DNA of 64,000 nucleotides from Acidimicrobiales bacterium (GCA_038206295.1 JBBRAZ010000006.1:48734-112733); one strand, 5' to 3'. Positions 38,166 to 48,415 are shown, counted from the stretch's first letter. A program made the numbers and translations. Notes: generated from the sequence alone by a model not told the origin.

Positions 38166-38597
38166 GTGCATCCAGGGCGGCACACGGTAGCGTGCCTCGC
38201 CGTGGCCATCCCGCTCGATCCGCTGCCCGATGGGGTGCTCGCGTTCCTCACCGAGCGGCACCTCGCCACGCTCACCACGGTGCGTCCCGACGGCACACCC
38301 CACGTCGTGCCGGTCGGCTTCTCCTACGACTCCGACGCGCGCCTCGTTCGAGTCATCACCTGGGCGGCGAGCGTGAAGGCGAGACGACTCGCGGCGCACC
38401 CGGGGCTTCCCGCCGCGGTGTCGCAGATCGACGGCGGTCGCTGGCTCACCCTCGAGGGCACCGCGACCGTCACCGACGACCCGGCCCGCGTCCAAGCCGC
38501 TGTCGGTGGCTACGCCGCGCGCTACCAGCAGCCGAAGGACCGACCCGACCGGGTCGCCATCGAGCTCGCGGTGACGCGCATCCTCGGCCGTGGCTGA
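38166..38597 (+). CDS. PPOX-class (pyridoxamine 5'-phosphate oxidase-like) probable F420-dependent enzyme
   Basis: ORF track 143 aa. The true start may be the GTG at 38202. ...LAFLTERHLATLTTVRPDGTPHVVPVGFSYD...LTLEGTATV... is typical of the family. Confidence 0.8.
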   Translation: MHPGRHTVACLAVAIPLDPLPDGVLAFLTERHLATLTTVRPDGTPHVVPVGFSYDSDARLVRVITWAASVKARRLAAHPGLPAAVSQIDGGRWLTLEGTATVTDDPARVQAAVGGYAARYQQPKDRPDRVAIELAVTRILGRG

Positions 38598-38640
38598 GCG
38601 CGACCTGCGATCCGCTCGCCCAGGCTGCGAGACTCGCACC

Positions 38641-39465
38641 ATGCGGCGGCTCCTGATGACCCTGACCACCCTCGTCCTGCTGGCCACGGCGTGCAGCAGC
38701 GGCGGCGACGTCGAGGCCGGCGCGCCCTCGACGACCGCCGCGCCGTCGACGACCACGCAGACACCGACCACCGACGCCCCGGAGGTCGAGCCCGCCTGCG
38801 ATGACCCCGCTGGTCCGGCGCACCCCGACGATCCGGCCGCCGCGTTCGAGGACTCGCTGGCCACCGGAAGCGACGGCTGCGCCGAAGAGCGCCACGGCGA
38901 AGGCCACCACGGCGAGGATCAGCCGACCGACGACGCCTTCGCCGACGACATGACCGGCGGTGGCGAGACGCACCACGAGGCGTGCGACGCTCCCGTCACC
39001 GACGAGCAGCGCGCCGCCGCCGACGAGCTGATCGCCGCGGTGATGGCGGAGGTGCCACGCTTCGCGACCGAGCAGCAGGCACTCGACGCCGGCTACGTCA
39101 CCATCGCTCCGCCGTTCGCCGGCCACGGCGCGCACCTCGTCAACCCCGACCTCTTCAACGACGGCGCCATCGTGGATCCGACGAGGCCCGAGTCGCTCGT
39201 CTACCTGGACGGCGAGCTCGAGGGCGTCATGTTCATCATGGACGAGGTGGGTCAGGAGGGGCCGCAGCCCGGCGGGTGCCTCACCCAGTGGCACGGCCAC
39301 GACGACCTCTGCATGACCGCCCCCATGCAGGAGGCCGGCATGGTGGTCTTCCTCACCGACTTCGGACCGTGCCCCACCGGCAGCGAGCTCACCATCCCGC
39401 CACCCATGCTCCACGTCTGGGTCGTCGACAACCCCGAGGGTGCGTTCGCCGGCCTCGAGACCTGA
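38641..39465 (+). CDS. Lipoprotein of unknown function with His-rich N-terminal region
   Basis: ORF 38590..39465, ATG at 38641. MRRLLMTLTTLVLLATACSSG is a lipobox. It contains ...AEERHGEGHHGEDQ...GGETHHEAC... and a conserved-looking C-terminal domain. Confidence 0.7.
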   Translation: MRRLLMTLTTLVLLATACSSGGDVEAGAPSTTAAPSTTTQTPTTDAPEVEPACDDPAGPAHPDDPAAAFEDSLATGSDGCAEERHGEGHHGEDQPTDDAFADDMTGGGETHHEACDAPVTDEQRAAADELIAAVMAEVPRFATEQQALDAGYVTIAPPFAGHGAHLVNPDLFNDGAIVDPTRPESLVYLDGELEGVMFIMDEVGQEGPQPGGCLTQWHGHDDLCMTAPMQEAGMVVFLTDFGPCPTGSELTIPPPMLHVWVVDNPEGAFAGLET

Positions 39466-39475
39466 CCGCCCCGCG

Positions 39476-39973
39476 CTAGCGCAGCGTCGGGCCCGCCGGG
39501 TGCCGCGCTCGAGCGAGGGCGACGAGCGCGTTCGACGTCTCCTCCTGTAGGTCCGGCAGCTCATCCGCGTCGAACCAGCGCACCTCGCGGATCTCCGGCG
39601 ATGTCGGCCGGGCTGCGTCGGGCCGCTCGTTGGAGACGGGCTGCGCCCGGTAGACGACGTCGACTCGCTGCAGCTCGGCGTCGACCACCACCGAGGGTGC
39701 GCCGACGAGCTCGACGACGAGACCGACCTCCTCGGCCACCTCGCGCACCGCGCCCACCGCCGGGTCCTCGCCCTTCGCGAGCAGACCACCCGGCAGACCC
39801 CACCGCTCCCGGTACGAGTGGCGGATGAGCAGCACCCGGCCGTCGGAGCGCTCCACCAAGCAGATCGCCCCCACGGTGAACGATGGCGAGATCAGCCGCA
39901 CGAGGCGGCGTCGCCACCGGCGCGGGATGCGCTGGAAGGCGTGGAGGGCGAGGAGGTGGAGGCGCCGGCGCAC
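39476..39973 (-). CDS. NUDIX hydrolase
   Basis: This is the C-terminal part of shadow-extended ORF 39476..40876, with a GTG at 39973. The Nudix box is GLPGGLLAKGEDPAVGAVREVAEEVGL. Confidence 0.8.
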   Translation of the reverse strand: MRRRLHLLALHAFQRIPRRWRRRLVRLISPSFTVGAICLVERSDGRVLLIRHSYRERWGLPGGLLAKGEDPAVGAVREVAEEVGLVVELVGAPSVVVDAELQRVDVVYRAQPVSNERPDAARPTSPEIREVRWFDADELPDLQEETSNALVALARARHPAGPTLR

Positions 39974-40020
39974 CGCCCCAGCGTACGGGGCACGCCCCCG
40001 ATCGCAGCGGAGCGATCCCC

Positions 40021-40776
40021 TCAGCGTTCGTCGGGGAAGGTGGCGCGCACCGCGAGCAGCTCGTCGAGCAGCGCCGCGCTGGCGGCGGCGACCGGGGTGC
40101 GCCGCGCCTCGTGCTCGAGCACCACGAGGTCGCGCCCCTGCGCGTCCGCGACGACGGCGCCGGCCTCCTCGCAGATGAGCATGCCGGCGAGGTAGTCCCA
40201 GCAGCCGTGCGCGCTCGGGCTGCAGTCCAGGTAGCCGTCGAGTCCACCGTCGGCGACGAGGCACAGGTCGAGCGCCGCCGCGCCCAGCGCCCGGTACTGC
40301 CGCCACCCGAGGTGGTGCGGCGGGTGGCCCGACAGCCCCACCAGCGAGTCGCCGAGCCGCGTCGCCCCGCTCGGTGCGAGGCGCCCCGCGTCGCTGAACG
40401 CCCCGCCGCCGCGCAGCGCCCACCAGCGCGCCCCGCTGGCCTGGTTCACCACCAACGCAGCGAGCGGGCCGTCGTCGTCCACCGCGCACAGCGCGGTGGC
40501 GAACCACGGGATGCGCCGCGAGGCGTTCGTCGAGCCGTCGACCGGGTCGAGCACGACCACCACGGCGCGGCCCTCGTCGCGCAAGCCGGACTCCTCGCTG
40601 AGCACCCCGACGCCACCGGCGGCGAGCACGTCGAGCGCAGCTGCATCCGCGGCCAGATCGCTGCGGTACTGCCCGGCGCGGGTGCCCGCCGGGCCCCAGT
40701 CCCCCAGGCCGCCGAGGGCGGCGGTGACCGCGGCTGCGGTGCGCTCGAGCAGCTCCAGCGCGGCCTCGGCGTCCAT
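40021..40776 (-). CDS. Inositol monophosphatase family protein
   Basis: ORF 40021..40845, ATG at 40776. ...VLSEESG..., VVVLDPVDGSTNASRRIPWF and ...WDYLAGMLICEEAGAVV are IMPase motifs. Confidence 0.85.
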   Translation of the reverse strand: MDAEAALELLERTAAAVTAALGGLGDWGPAGTRAGQYRSDLAADAAALDVLAAGGVGVLSEESGLRDEGRAVVVVLDPVDGSTNASRRIPWFATALCAVDDDGPLAALVVNQASGARWWALRGGGAFSDAGRLAPSGATRLGDSLVGLSGHPPHHLGWRQYRALGAAALDLCLVADGGLDGYLDCSPSAHGCWDYLAGMLICEEAGAVVADAQGRDLVVLEHEARRTPVAAASAALLDELLAVRATFPDER

Positions 40777-40847
40777 CGCGCCGACGGTAGTCGGACCCCT
40801 GCCGGAGACGTGGCAGGCTAGGGGGCGACGCTGAAGAGGGAGCACGA

Positions 40848-41411
40848 GTGGCGGTCATCGACGTGGCCGGCTTCATCGCCGACCTGAAGGACCATGCCGT
40901 GGAGCACGGCTTCCACGTGCACGACGAGCGGCACTTCGTCGAGTCCTACTCGCTGCGCCAGGCGTGGGAGGTCGACCTGCACCCCGAGGAGGCGTGCGGC
41001 GGCCCGCTGGATCTCCACCTCTCCCTTGAGATCGACCCGCGCACGCTGCTGGCCTTCGAAGACGTCGTGCTCGAGGATCCCGAGAGCGAGGACCCGCCCG
41101 AGGGGATGCGCTTCCCCCTCAGCTTCACGTGGGCCCTGCCCCCGCTGCCCAAGGGGCCGGACCTGCTGGTGCTCGCCACCGACCTCGCCGGCGTCGGCGG
41201 CCCCGATCTCCCCCTCGAGGTCTCCGCCATCGACTCCTACGCCGCGGTCACCGATGCCGCCGAGCGCACGCTCACCATCGTGGCCAACGTGGAGGTCGAG
41301 CTCGCCGACATCTACCTCGGCAAGGACCTGCTGTGCGACGTCCTCGACCGCTGCCACGACGTCAGCGGCTACCTCCTCGAGCACGCGATCGGCTGGATCG
41401 ACGAGGACTGA
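40848..41411 (+). CDS. Acidic hypothetical protein (187 aa)
   Basis: ORF track. GTG start follows gagggag. The composition is non-shadow (MAVIDVAGFIADLKDHAVEHGFHVHDERHFVESYSL...). I recognise no domain. Confidence 0.6.
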   Translation: MAVIDVAGFIADLKDHAVEHGFHVHDERHFVESYSLRQAWEVDLHPEEACGGPLDLHLSLEIDPRTLLAFEDVVLEDPESEDPPEGMRFPLSFTWALPPLPKGPDLLVLATDLAGVGGPDLPLEVSAIDSYAAVTDAAERTLTIVANVEVELADIYLGKDLLCDVLDRCHDVSGYLLEHAIGWIDED

Positions 41412-41428
41412 CACCTCCACCCGACCAC

Positions 41429-41457
41429 ACATAACAGATGGTCAACATCTGTTATGT
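41429..41457. promoter_or_regulatory. Perfect 12-bp inverted repeat with 5-nt spacer upstream of the MBL-hydrolase/TetR operon (candidate TetR operator)
   Basis: acataacagatg gtcaa catctgttatgt. The segment is AT-rich and lies 36 nt upstream of the ATG at 41493. Confidence 0.55.
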
Positions 41458-41492
41458 TGCGACGACCGAACCGTCGGCCGAGGGGGCACGTC

Positions 41493-42746
41493 ATGGGGAT
41501 GATCGAGACCGCGGAGCGCGCCTGGCAGGGCGACGAGGTCGTCGGGCCGCACACGCTGATGGGCGGCGGCCCCATCGAGGAGCTCGCCGACGGGCTGGCG
41601 ATGATCGCTGCGTTCAGCAACGTCATGCCGGTGCGCACCGGCGAGGGCTTGGTGCTCATCGACACCAGCCACCCCATCGCCGCCAAGCGGGTGCACACCG
41701 AGGTCCGGTCGTGGTCGAGCGATCCGGTGCACACCGCGATCTACACCCACGGGCACATCGACCACGTCGGAGGCCTCGGGCTCTTCGAAAGCGAAGCAGC
41801 CGAGCTCGGCCACGCGCCGCTGCGCGTCGTCAGCCACGAGGCGGTGCCCGCTCGATTCGATCGGTACCGCGAGACCAACGGCTACAACTCCGTCATCAAC
41901 CAGCGGCAGTTCTCCATCCCCGGCTACCGCTTCCCCAGCGACTTCCGCTACCCGGACGAGACGTTCCGCACGTCGCTCGACCTCAACGTCGGCGACGTCG
42001 CCATCGAGCTGCACCACGCGCGCGGCGAGACCGACGACCACGCCTGGGTCTGGTTGCCCGACCAGCGCGCGCTCTACCCCGGCGACCTGTTCATCTGGGT
42101 CGTGCCCAACGCGGGGAACCCGCAGAAGGTCCAGCGCTTCGCGGCAGAGTGGGCGACGGCGCTGCGCACCATGGCCGAGCTCGGCGCCGAGATCATGCTG
42201 CCCAGCCACGGGCTCCCGATCATCGGCGAGGACCGGGTGCGCGCGGCGCTGCTCGACACCGCCGAGCTGCTGTCGTCGCTGCACGACCAGACCGTGGCGC
42301 TCATGAATGAGGGCGCCAGCCTCAACGAGGTCCTGCACACCGTGGCTGTGCCCGCGCACCTCGTCGACAAGCCGTACCTCCAGCCGCTCTACGACGACCC
42401 CGAGTTCATCGTGCGCAACGTCTGGCGTCTCGTGGGTGGGTGGTTCGACGGCGATCCCGCCACCCTCAAGCCGGCGCCCGCCGCCGCGCTCGCCACCGAG
42501 CTGGCATCGCTCGCCGGCGGTGCAGGCGTGCTCGCACAACGGGCGCTGGAGCTCGCCGCCGAGGGGGACCTGCGCCTCGCCGGGCACCTCGCGCAGCTCG
42601 CGATGCAAGCCGCACCCGACGACAAGGGCGTGCACCGTGCTCGCTCCGAGGTCTACAACGCTCGTGTCGCAGCCGAGCCGTCGCTGATGGCCCAGGGCGT
42701 GTTCGGGTGGGCGGCGCGAGAGTCCGCGGCGCATGTCACCCCCTGA
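41493..42746 (+). CDS. Metallo-beta-lactamase-fold hydrolase, alkyl/aryl-sulfatase-like
   Basis: ORF 41454..42746, ATG at 41493. ...LVLIDTSHP... is followed by the metal motif IYTHGHIDHVGG. The long helical C-terminal part is as in the alkyl-sulfatase dimerisation domain. Confidence 0.75.
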   Translation: MGMIETAERAWQGDEVVGPHTLMGGGPIEELADGLAMIAAFSNVMPVRTGEGLVLIDTSHPIAAKRVHTEVRSWSSDPVHTAIYTHGHIDHVGGLGLFESEAAELGHAPLRVVSHEAVPARFDRYRETNGYNSVINQRQFSIPGYRFPSDFRYPDETFRTSLDLNVGDVAIELHHARGETDDHAWVWLPDQRALYPGDLFIWVVPNAGNPQKVQRFAAEWATALRTMAELGAEIMLPSHGLPIIGEDRVRAALLDTAELLSSLHDQTVALMNEGASLNEVLHTVAVPAHLVDKPYLQPLYDDPEFIVRNVWRLVGGWFDGDPATLKPAPAAALATELASLAGGAGVLAQRALELAAEGDLRLAGHLAQLAMQAAPDDKGVHRARSEVYNARVAAEPSLMAQGVFGWAARESAAHVTP

Positions 42747-43398
42747 GCAGGCGCCGGTCGCACTCGTCGATGCTGCGGGGTCGACGTCGGGGTCGAAAGG
42801 TCAGCGCACGAGGGCCCGGATCCTCGAGGCCGCCATCGAGCACTTCGCCCGCGACGGCCACCGGGGCGCCTCGGTGCCGGAGATCGCTCGCTCGGTCGGC
42901 GTCTCGCACTCGACGCTCTACCAGCACTTCGGGCGCAAGGAGGACCTGCTGCGCGCCGCGGTGGATGCGGACCTCACCGCGCTGCTCGACGAGGTCACCG
43001 GCGTGCTCGACGACCTGCCCGGCGGCGACACCGCCGAGCGCCTCGTCTCGGTGCTGCCGCGCCTGGCGCTCGGCACCAGCACCCATCCGCTGGCGCGCCG
43101 CGTGCTCGCAGAGCTGACCGACGAGGACGTCCGCTCCCTCGACGACCTCCCAGCGCTCGTTGCGCTGCGGAACCGGGTCTTCGAGGTGCTGCGCCACGGG
43201 CAGCGCGGCGGCGACATCCGGCCGGACCTCGACGCGCAGCAGACCGCAGATGGGCTGATCACCATCACCCTCGCACTGCTCAGCGCGGTGGTGCGGTTGG
43301 ACGACTCCGTCGACGAGATCCCCCGGGCGTCGTCGACGCTCGGCTTCCTCACCGATGCCCTCCGGGCGCCACCGGTCAGCGGGCGTCGTCGTCGCTGA
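42733..43398 (+). CDS. TetR/AcrR family transcriptional regulator
   Basis: ORF track 221 aa. RTRARILEAAIEHFARDGHRGASVPEIARSVGVSHSTLYQHFGRKEDLL. It overlaps the upstream gene end by 14 nt. Confidence 0.85.
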   Translation: MSPPEQAPVALVDAAGSTSGSKGQRTRARILEAAIEHFARDGHRGASVPEIARSVGVSHSTLYQHFGRKEDLLRAAVDADLTALLDEVTGVLDDLPGGDTAERLVSVLPRLALGTSTHPLARRVLAELTDEDVRSLDDLPALVALRNRVFEVLRHGQRGGDIRPDLDAQQTADGLITITLALLSAVVRLDDSVDEIPRASSTLGFLTDALRAPPVSGRRRR

Positions 43399-43843
43399 GG
43401 TCGAGCAGATCGGTGCGCACCACCAGCACCGGGCACGGCGCGTGGTGGGTCACGTAGGTGCTGACCGAGCCCAGCACCATGCGCTTCATGAAGCCCTTGC
43501 CGTGCGAGCCGACGATGACGAGGTCCGCTCCCATCTCCTCCGCGATGTGGCAGATCGTCGGCCCCGGCTCGCCCTGCTCGACGCGACGCGACGCCTCGCG
43601 CCCGAGGTGGTCGGCGATGTCGTCGGCGAGGGCGACGCCGCGCGCCAGGTTGGCCTCGTCTACGTCGTCATCGACAGCGAACGCCACCGGGCCCTCGAGG
43701 CCGCTGGCGAACTCGACCGCACCCTCAGCGGGGGTGACGACCTCGAGCACGGTCACCTCGGCCCCCTGGTGCGCGACCGCCAAACCGTGGCGTGCGGCCT
43801 CCAGCGAGTGCTGGGACCCGTCGACGGCGATGAGGATGTGCAC
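43376..43843 (-). CDS. Universal stress protein (UspA family)
   Basis: ORF 43376..43873. A GTG at 43843 lies 6 nt after aggagg. VHILIAVDGSQHSLEAARHG...ADLVIVGSHGKGFMKRMVLGSVSTYVTHHAPCPVLVV. Confidence 0.85.
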   Translation of the reverse strand: MHILIAVDGSQHSLEAARHGLAVAHQGAEVTVLEVVTPAEGAVEFASGLEGPVAFAVDDDVDEANLARGVALADDIADHLGREASRRVEQGEPGPTICHIAEEMGADLVIVGSHGKGFMKRMVLGSVSTYVTHHAPCPVLVVRTDLLDLSDDDAR

Positions 43844-43936
43844 AGCTGCCTCCTGCGCGACCCGGAGCGACACCGGCTCGGCTCCACGAACCTACTGCGG
43901 CCCGACCGAGCGGGACCTCCTCACCGAGGCCGAGCC

Positions 43937-44347
<411 letters not shown>

Positions 44348-44528
44348 CGGGTCGTCCTCCAGATCCGGCTTGCTGCACCGCCTCCAACCGACCGCGACCG
44401 ACGGGCATTCCCCGACGGCGTCCGCGGCCGCCATGGCAACGGGGCGATCCGAAGCAGAGCATGGCCGCTGGGGCGGCTCGCATGCACGACCAGTGTGTGG
44501 TGCACTGGCGCCGACACAAGGGGGATGC

Positions 44529-46130
44529 ATGGGGATGCACCGACGAGCCGCAGCTGTGCTGCTGGCGCTCACGCTCACCACCGCCGCCTGCGGCAACGAC
44601 GACGGCGGCAACACCGACGACGCGGACGGTGACGGCGGCACACCCGCTGAGATCACCGAAGGGGGCACCTTCGTCTTCGGCCTCGAAGCGGAGGCTGACG
44701 GCCTCAGCCCGACGCTGTCGCGCTTCGCCATCAGCGGGCACCTCGTCGCCTCTGCGGTGTTCGACCCGCTCGCGAGCTTCAACGCGGACGACGAGGTCGT
44801 CCCCTTCCTGGCGGAGTCGATCGAGCCCAGCGAGGACCTGCGGACCTGGACGATCACGCTGCCCGAGGACGTGACGTTCCACGACGACACCGCGCTCGAC
44901 GCCGCCATCGTGGTGCGCAACCTCGAAGCGCACCTCGAGTCGGCGCTCACGAAGGCCGCGCTCTCCGACGTCGCCACCGTCACCGAGACAGGTCCCCTCA
45001 CGGTGACGGTCACCACGAAGCAGCCGTGGGCGTCGTTCCCCTACATCCTCACGACGCAGGTCGGCTACGTGCAGGCCGGCGCCATGCTCGACGCGGGTCG
45101 CGAGGGGGCCACCAAGCCCATCGGCACGGGCCCGTTCGAATACGAGTCATGGGTCCAGGGCGACAAGTGGACCGGCGTCAAGAACCCGGACTACTGGCGC
45201 CAGGGGCTCCCCCACGTCGACAGCATCGAGTTCCGCACGATCGTCGACGACATCACCCGCCAGTCGGCGCTGTCGACCGGCGACGTCGACATGACCCAGA
45301 CCGACTACGGGCCCGACGTCGCCAGCTTCCAGGAGCGCGACGACATCCAGAAGTTCGAGGACGCCGAGGGCGAGGAGGAGTTCATCATGCTCAACCTCGC
45401 GGACGAGCCCTTCAACAGCCTCACCGCGCGCCAGGCCGTCGCCGCGGCCACCGATCCCGAGGTGTACGCGCAGACGATCGGCGACGGCGTCCTGAAGCCC
45501 ATCAGCGGTCCGTTCGCCGAGGGGCAGCTCGGCTACGCCGAGGACACCGGCTACCCCGAGTTCGACCTGGCGCGCGCCCGTGAGCTCGTCGCCCAGTACG
45601 AGCGCGAGGAGGGCAAGCCGCTCTCGTTCGTGGTGTCATCGGTCCCCACCCCGCAGGGGCTCAACGAGATCCAGCTCCTCGCCAGCATGTGGGAGGACGC
45701 CGGGATGGAGGTGGAGCTCTACACCTCCGAGCAGGCGGCGCACATCCTGAACGTGATCACCGGCGAGTTCGATGCCGCCTACTGGCGCCTCTTCAGCTCC
45801 GTGGACCCTGACGGCGACTACGTGTGGTGGCACGGGAAGAACGCGGTGGATCCGCCCGGGATCAGCCTCAATTTCGCCCGCAACCGCGACGCCGAGCTCG
45901 ACGCAGCGCTCGACGAGGCGAGGCAGACCACCGACCCGGAGATCCGCGACGCCGCCTACCAGACGGTGGCCGAGCGCATGGGCGCCACGCTCCCCTACAT
46001 CTGGCTCAGCCGGGTGACGTGGCTCTACGCCGCGCGGCCCGAGGTGCACGGCCTCGAGAACATCCAGGCCGGCGGCCTGGGAAGCCTGGCGGCCAAGACG
46101 TGGATCGGCGAGGTGTGGGTCGAGCAGTGA
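44529..46130 (+). CDS. ABC-transporter substrate-binding lipoprotein, family 5 (peptide/nickel type), orphan
   Basis: ORF 44232..46130, ATG at 44529. MGMHRRAAAVLLALTLTTAACGN is a lipobox. ...WTITLPEDVTFHDDTALDA..., ...GTGPFEYESWVQGDKWTGVKNPDYW.... No permease or ATPase gene is adjacent. Confidence 0.85.
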   Translation: MGMHRRAAAVLLALTLTTAACGNDDGGNTDDADGDGGTPAEITEGGTFVFGLEAEADGLSPTLSRFAISGHLVASAVFDPLASFNADDEVVPFLAESIEPSEDLRTWTITLPEDVTFHDDTALDAAIVVRNLEAHLESALTKAALSDVATVTETGPLTVTVTTKQPWASFPYILTTQVGYVQAGAMLDAGREGATKPIGTGPFEYESWVQGDKWTGVKNPDYWRQGLPHVDSIEFRTIVDDITRQSALSTGDVDMTQTDYGPDVASFQERDDIQKFEDAEGEEEFIMLNLADEPFNSLTARQAVAAATDPEVYAQTIGDGVLKPISGPFAEGQLGYAEDTGYPEFDLARARELVAQYEREEGKPLSFVVSSVPTPQGLNEIQLLASMWEDAGMEVELYTSEQAAHILNVITGEFDAAYWRLFSSVDPDGDYVWWHGKNAVDPPGISLNFARNRDAELDAALDEARQTTDPEIRDAAYQTVAERMGATLPYIWLSRVTWLYAARPEVHGLENIQAGGLGSLAAKTWIGEVWVEQ

Positions 46131-46175
46131 TGCCGGGCCGCTGGTCGCCCCGCGACCTCGCCCGCTGAGGTCGCC

Positions 46176-46973
46176 GTGCCCACCTTCGAGCGCGGCGACC
46201 TCGACCTGCACTACGCCGAGCGCGGCGACCCCGCCGGGCCGCCGGTGGTGCTGCTGCACGGCTTGACCCTGTCGTCGCGGATGATGGAGCGCCTCGCCGA
46301 GGCGCTGCCGCAGCACCGCGTCCTGCTGCTCGACCTCCACGGACACGGGCGATCCACCCGGCCGCGCGACCCGGCCTGCTACGCGCTCGAGGAGTTCGTC
46401 GCCGACACGATCGCGCTGCTGGACCACCTCGAGATCGCGAGCGCGGTGATCGGCGGCACGTCGCTCGGCGCCAACGTCGCCTACGAGCTGGCGCTCGTCG
46501 CGCCCGAGCGCGTCGAGGCCATGATCCTCGAGATGCCGGTGTTCGCCCGCGGCTACGACGCTGGACGAGCGGCCTTCCTCGCCCTCGCCGGCCTCTTCGC
46601 CGGGCTGCACCCCGTGCTGACGCCGTGGCATCCGGTGCTGCGGCGGGTGCCGCTGCCCCGCAAGCCACCGGAGCTGAACATCGGGCGGGACTTCCTCGTC
46701 GCCGACCACCTCGCGCAGTCGGCGCTCATGCGCGGCATCGTGCGCAACACGACACCACCCAACGACGAGGCCACCGCAGCGACGCTCACCATGCCGACGC
46801 TGGTGATCGCCCACGCGCACGACCCCATCCACGTGATCGATGACGCCGAGGAGACCGCGGCGCGCCTCCCCAACGCCGAGCTGGTGCGCGCCTCGTCGTT
46901 CCTCCACCACCGCCTGCACCCCCACGAGCTCAACGACCACGTGGTGCGGTTCCTCGACGGCCTGCCCACGTGA
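46176..46973 (+). CDS. Alpha/beta-fold hydrolase
   Basis: ORF track 265 aa. ...PPVVLLHGLTLSSRM..., LDLHGHGRS, and the nucleophile elbow GGTSLGANVA. Confidence 0.85.
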   Translation: MPTFERGDLDLHYAERGDPAGPPVVLLHGLTLSSRMMERLAEALPQHRVLLLDLHGHGRSTRPRDPACYALEEFVADTIALLDHLEIASAVIGGTSLGANVAYELALVAPERVEAMILEMPVFARGYDAGRAAFLALAGLFAGLHPVLTPWHPVLRRVPLPRKPPELNIGRDFLVADHLAQSALMRGIVRNTTPPNDEATAATLTMPTLVIAHAHDPIHVIDDAEETAARLPNAELVRASSFLHHRLHPHELNDHVVRFLDGLPT

Positions 46974-48220
46974 TCGAGCGACGACGCAGGCGGCAGATCG
47001 TCGCCTCGCTCATCGCGGCGCTGCTGATCGCGATCGTCGCCCCTGCGGTTGCGCCCAGCACGGCGGCCGCAGCGACGCGGACGTACACCTTCAGCGTGCG
47101 CACCCGTGGCACCGTCGTCGGTGATCCGGCCCAGGTGGGCGCAGTCGCGGTCTCGACGCTCAACGACCGCCGCAGCTGGAGCCTCGGCGGCAGCATCGCG
47201 TTCCGCCACGTCGCCGCGGGCGGCGACTTCACCATCTGGCTCGCCCAGGACGAGCAGGTGCCCTCGTTCGGCGGCGCGTGCTCCACGTTCTACTCGTGCC
47301 GGGTCGGCGACGCGGTGGTCCTCAACGACGATCGCTGGACCGGTGGCTCGCCGTATCGCGCCGGGCCGGTCGATGAGTACCGGCAGTACCTGATCCAGCA
47401 CGAGGTCGGGCACTGGCTCGGCCTCGGCCACCGCTCCTGCGGCGGGAGCGGCCACGGCGCGCCGGTGATGATGCAGCAGTCGAAGGGCACCGGTGCCTGC
47501 GTGGCCACGACCTGGCCGTCGCTGAGCGAGCGCCAGGAGGTCGGTCGCCGCCACGGCGTCGCGGTCGGCCCGACCACGCCGCCGGTCGATCCCTACGGCT
47601 CGATCGAGCGCATGGACGGCGTGGTCGGCGGCATCCTCATCTCCGGCTGGGCAGGCGATCCAGATGCCTCAGGTCCGATGCTGCTCCACCTGCGGGTCGG
47701 CGACCGCGTCGTCGAGACCACGTTCACCGGCCACCACCGGCCGGACGTCGCCGCCGCGCACCCCGAGCTCGGCGCCAGCACAGGCTTCCGGATCGTGGTC
47801 CCTGCTCCCCCCGCCACCCGCGAGGTGTGCGCATGGGCGATCAACCGCGCTGCGGGTAGCAACCGCCGCCTCGGGTGCGCCCGGGTCACCACGCCGAGCA
47901 CCGGCGTCGATCCGTTCGGTGTGATCGACCGCATCGACGGCAGCGCGGGCGAGGTGCTCGTCGGCGGGTGGTCCATCGAGCCCGACCACGGAGGACCCAC
48001 CAACGTCCACGTGTACCTCGGCGATCAGCTCCTCGGCGGGTTGCCGGCATCAGGACCCCGACCGGACGCCGCGGCCGCGTACGGCATCGACTGGGACCGA
48101 GTCGGCATCCTGGGTCGCGTGCCGGCCCCGCCGGGCCGACACCGGGTGTGCATCATCGCCATCGACCACGGCGCCGGATCGAGCCGCCGCATCGGTTGCG
48201 GCACCGCTGTGGTCAGCTGA
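46970..48220 (+). CDS. Secreted/anchored DUF3152-like zinc-metalloprotease domain protein with two C-terminal repeat domains
   Basis: ORF track 416 aa. The N-terminal anchor is RRRRRQIVASLIAALLIAIVAPAVA. The HExxH motif is LIQHEVGHWLGLGH. Two repeats of about 95 aa begin VDPYGSIERMDGVVGG.. and VDPFGVIDRIDGSAGE... Confidence 0.75.
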   Translation: MIERRRRRQIVASLIAALLIAIVAPAVAPSTAAAATRTYTFSVRTRGTVVGDPAQVGAVAVSTLNDRRSWSLGGSIAFRHVAAGGDFTIWLAQDEQVPSFGGACSTFYSCRVGDAVVLNDDRWTGGSPYRAGPVDEYRQYLIQHEVGHWLGLGHRSCGGSGHGAPVMMQQSKGTGACVATTWPSLSERQEVGRRHGVAVGPTTPPVDPYGSIERMDGVVGGILISGWAGDPDASGPMLLHLRVGDRVVETTFTGHHRPDVAAAHPELGASTGFRIVVPAPPATREVCAWAINRAAGSNRRLGCARVTTPSTGVDPFGVIDRIDGSAGEVLVGGWSIEPDHGGPTNVHVYLGDQLLGGLPASGPRPDAAAAYGIDWDRVGILGRVPAPPGRHRVCIIAIDHGAGSSRRIGCGTAVVS

Positions 48221-48415
48221 CCGCCGCTGGTTCAGCGCTGCTCCCGGGCGCGATCGGCGAGGCGCGAGCACCTCTCCCACATGCGTGATCGGGCCGTGTG
48301 CACAGGGGTTCTCGAGCGTGGTGGAGCCCTGGTGGGGCGGTCGGGCCGCTGATGCTCTACGCTTGCGCAGCGGGCCGGTCAATCGGATCGGTCCGATCCA
48401 GAAGAGAGAAATTAC

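Noticed and set aside
39476-39973. The NUDIX hydrolase close to tRNA-Val as a pif-like remnant of an actinomycete integrative conjugative element.
   Set aside because: It lies on the 5' side of the tRNA, outside the repeat-delimited region. It follows an inositol monophosphatase gene on the same strand, separated by a 47-nt gap. No rep, tra or int genes accompany it.
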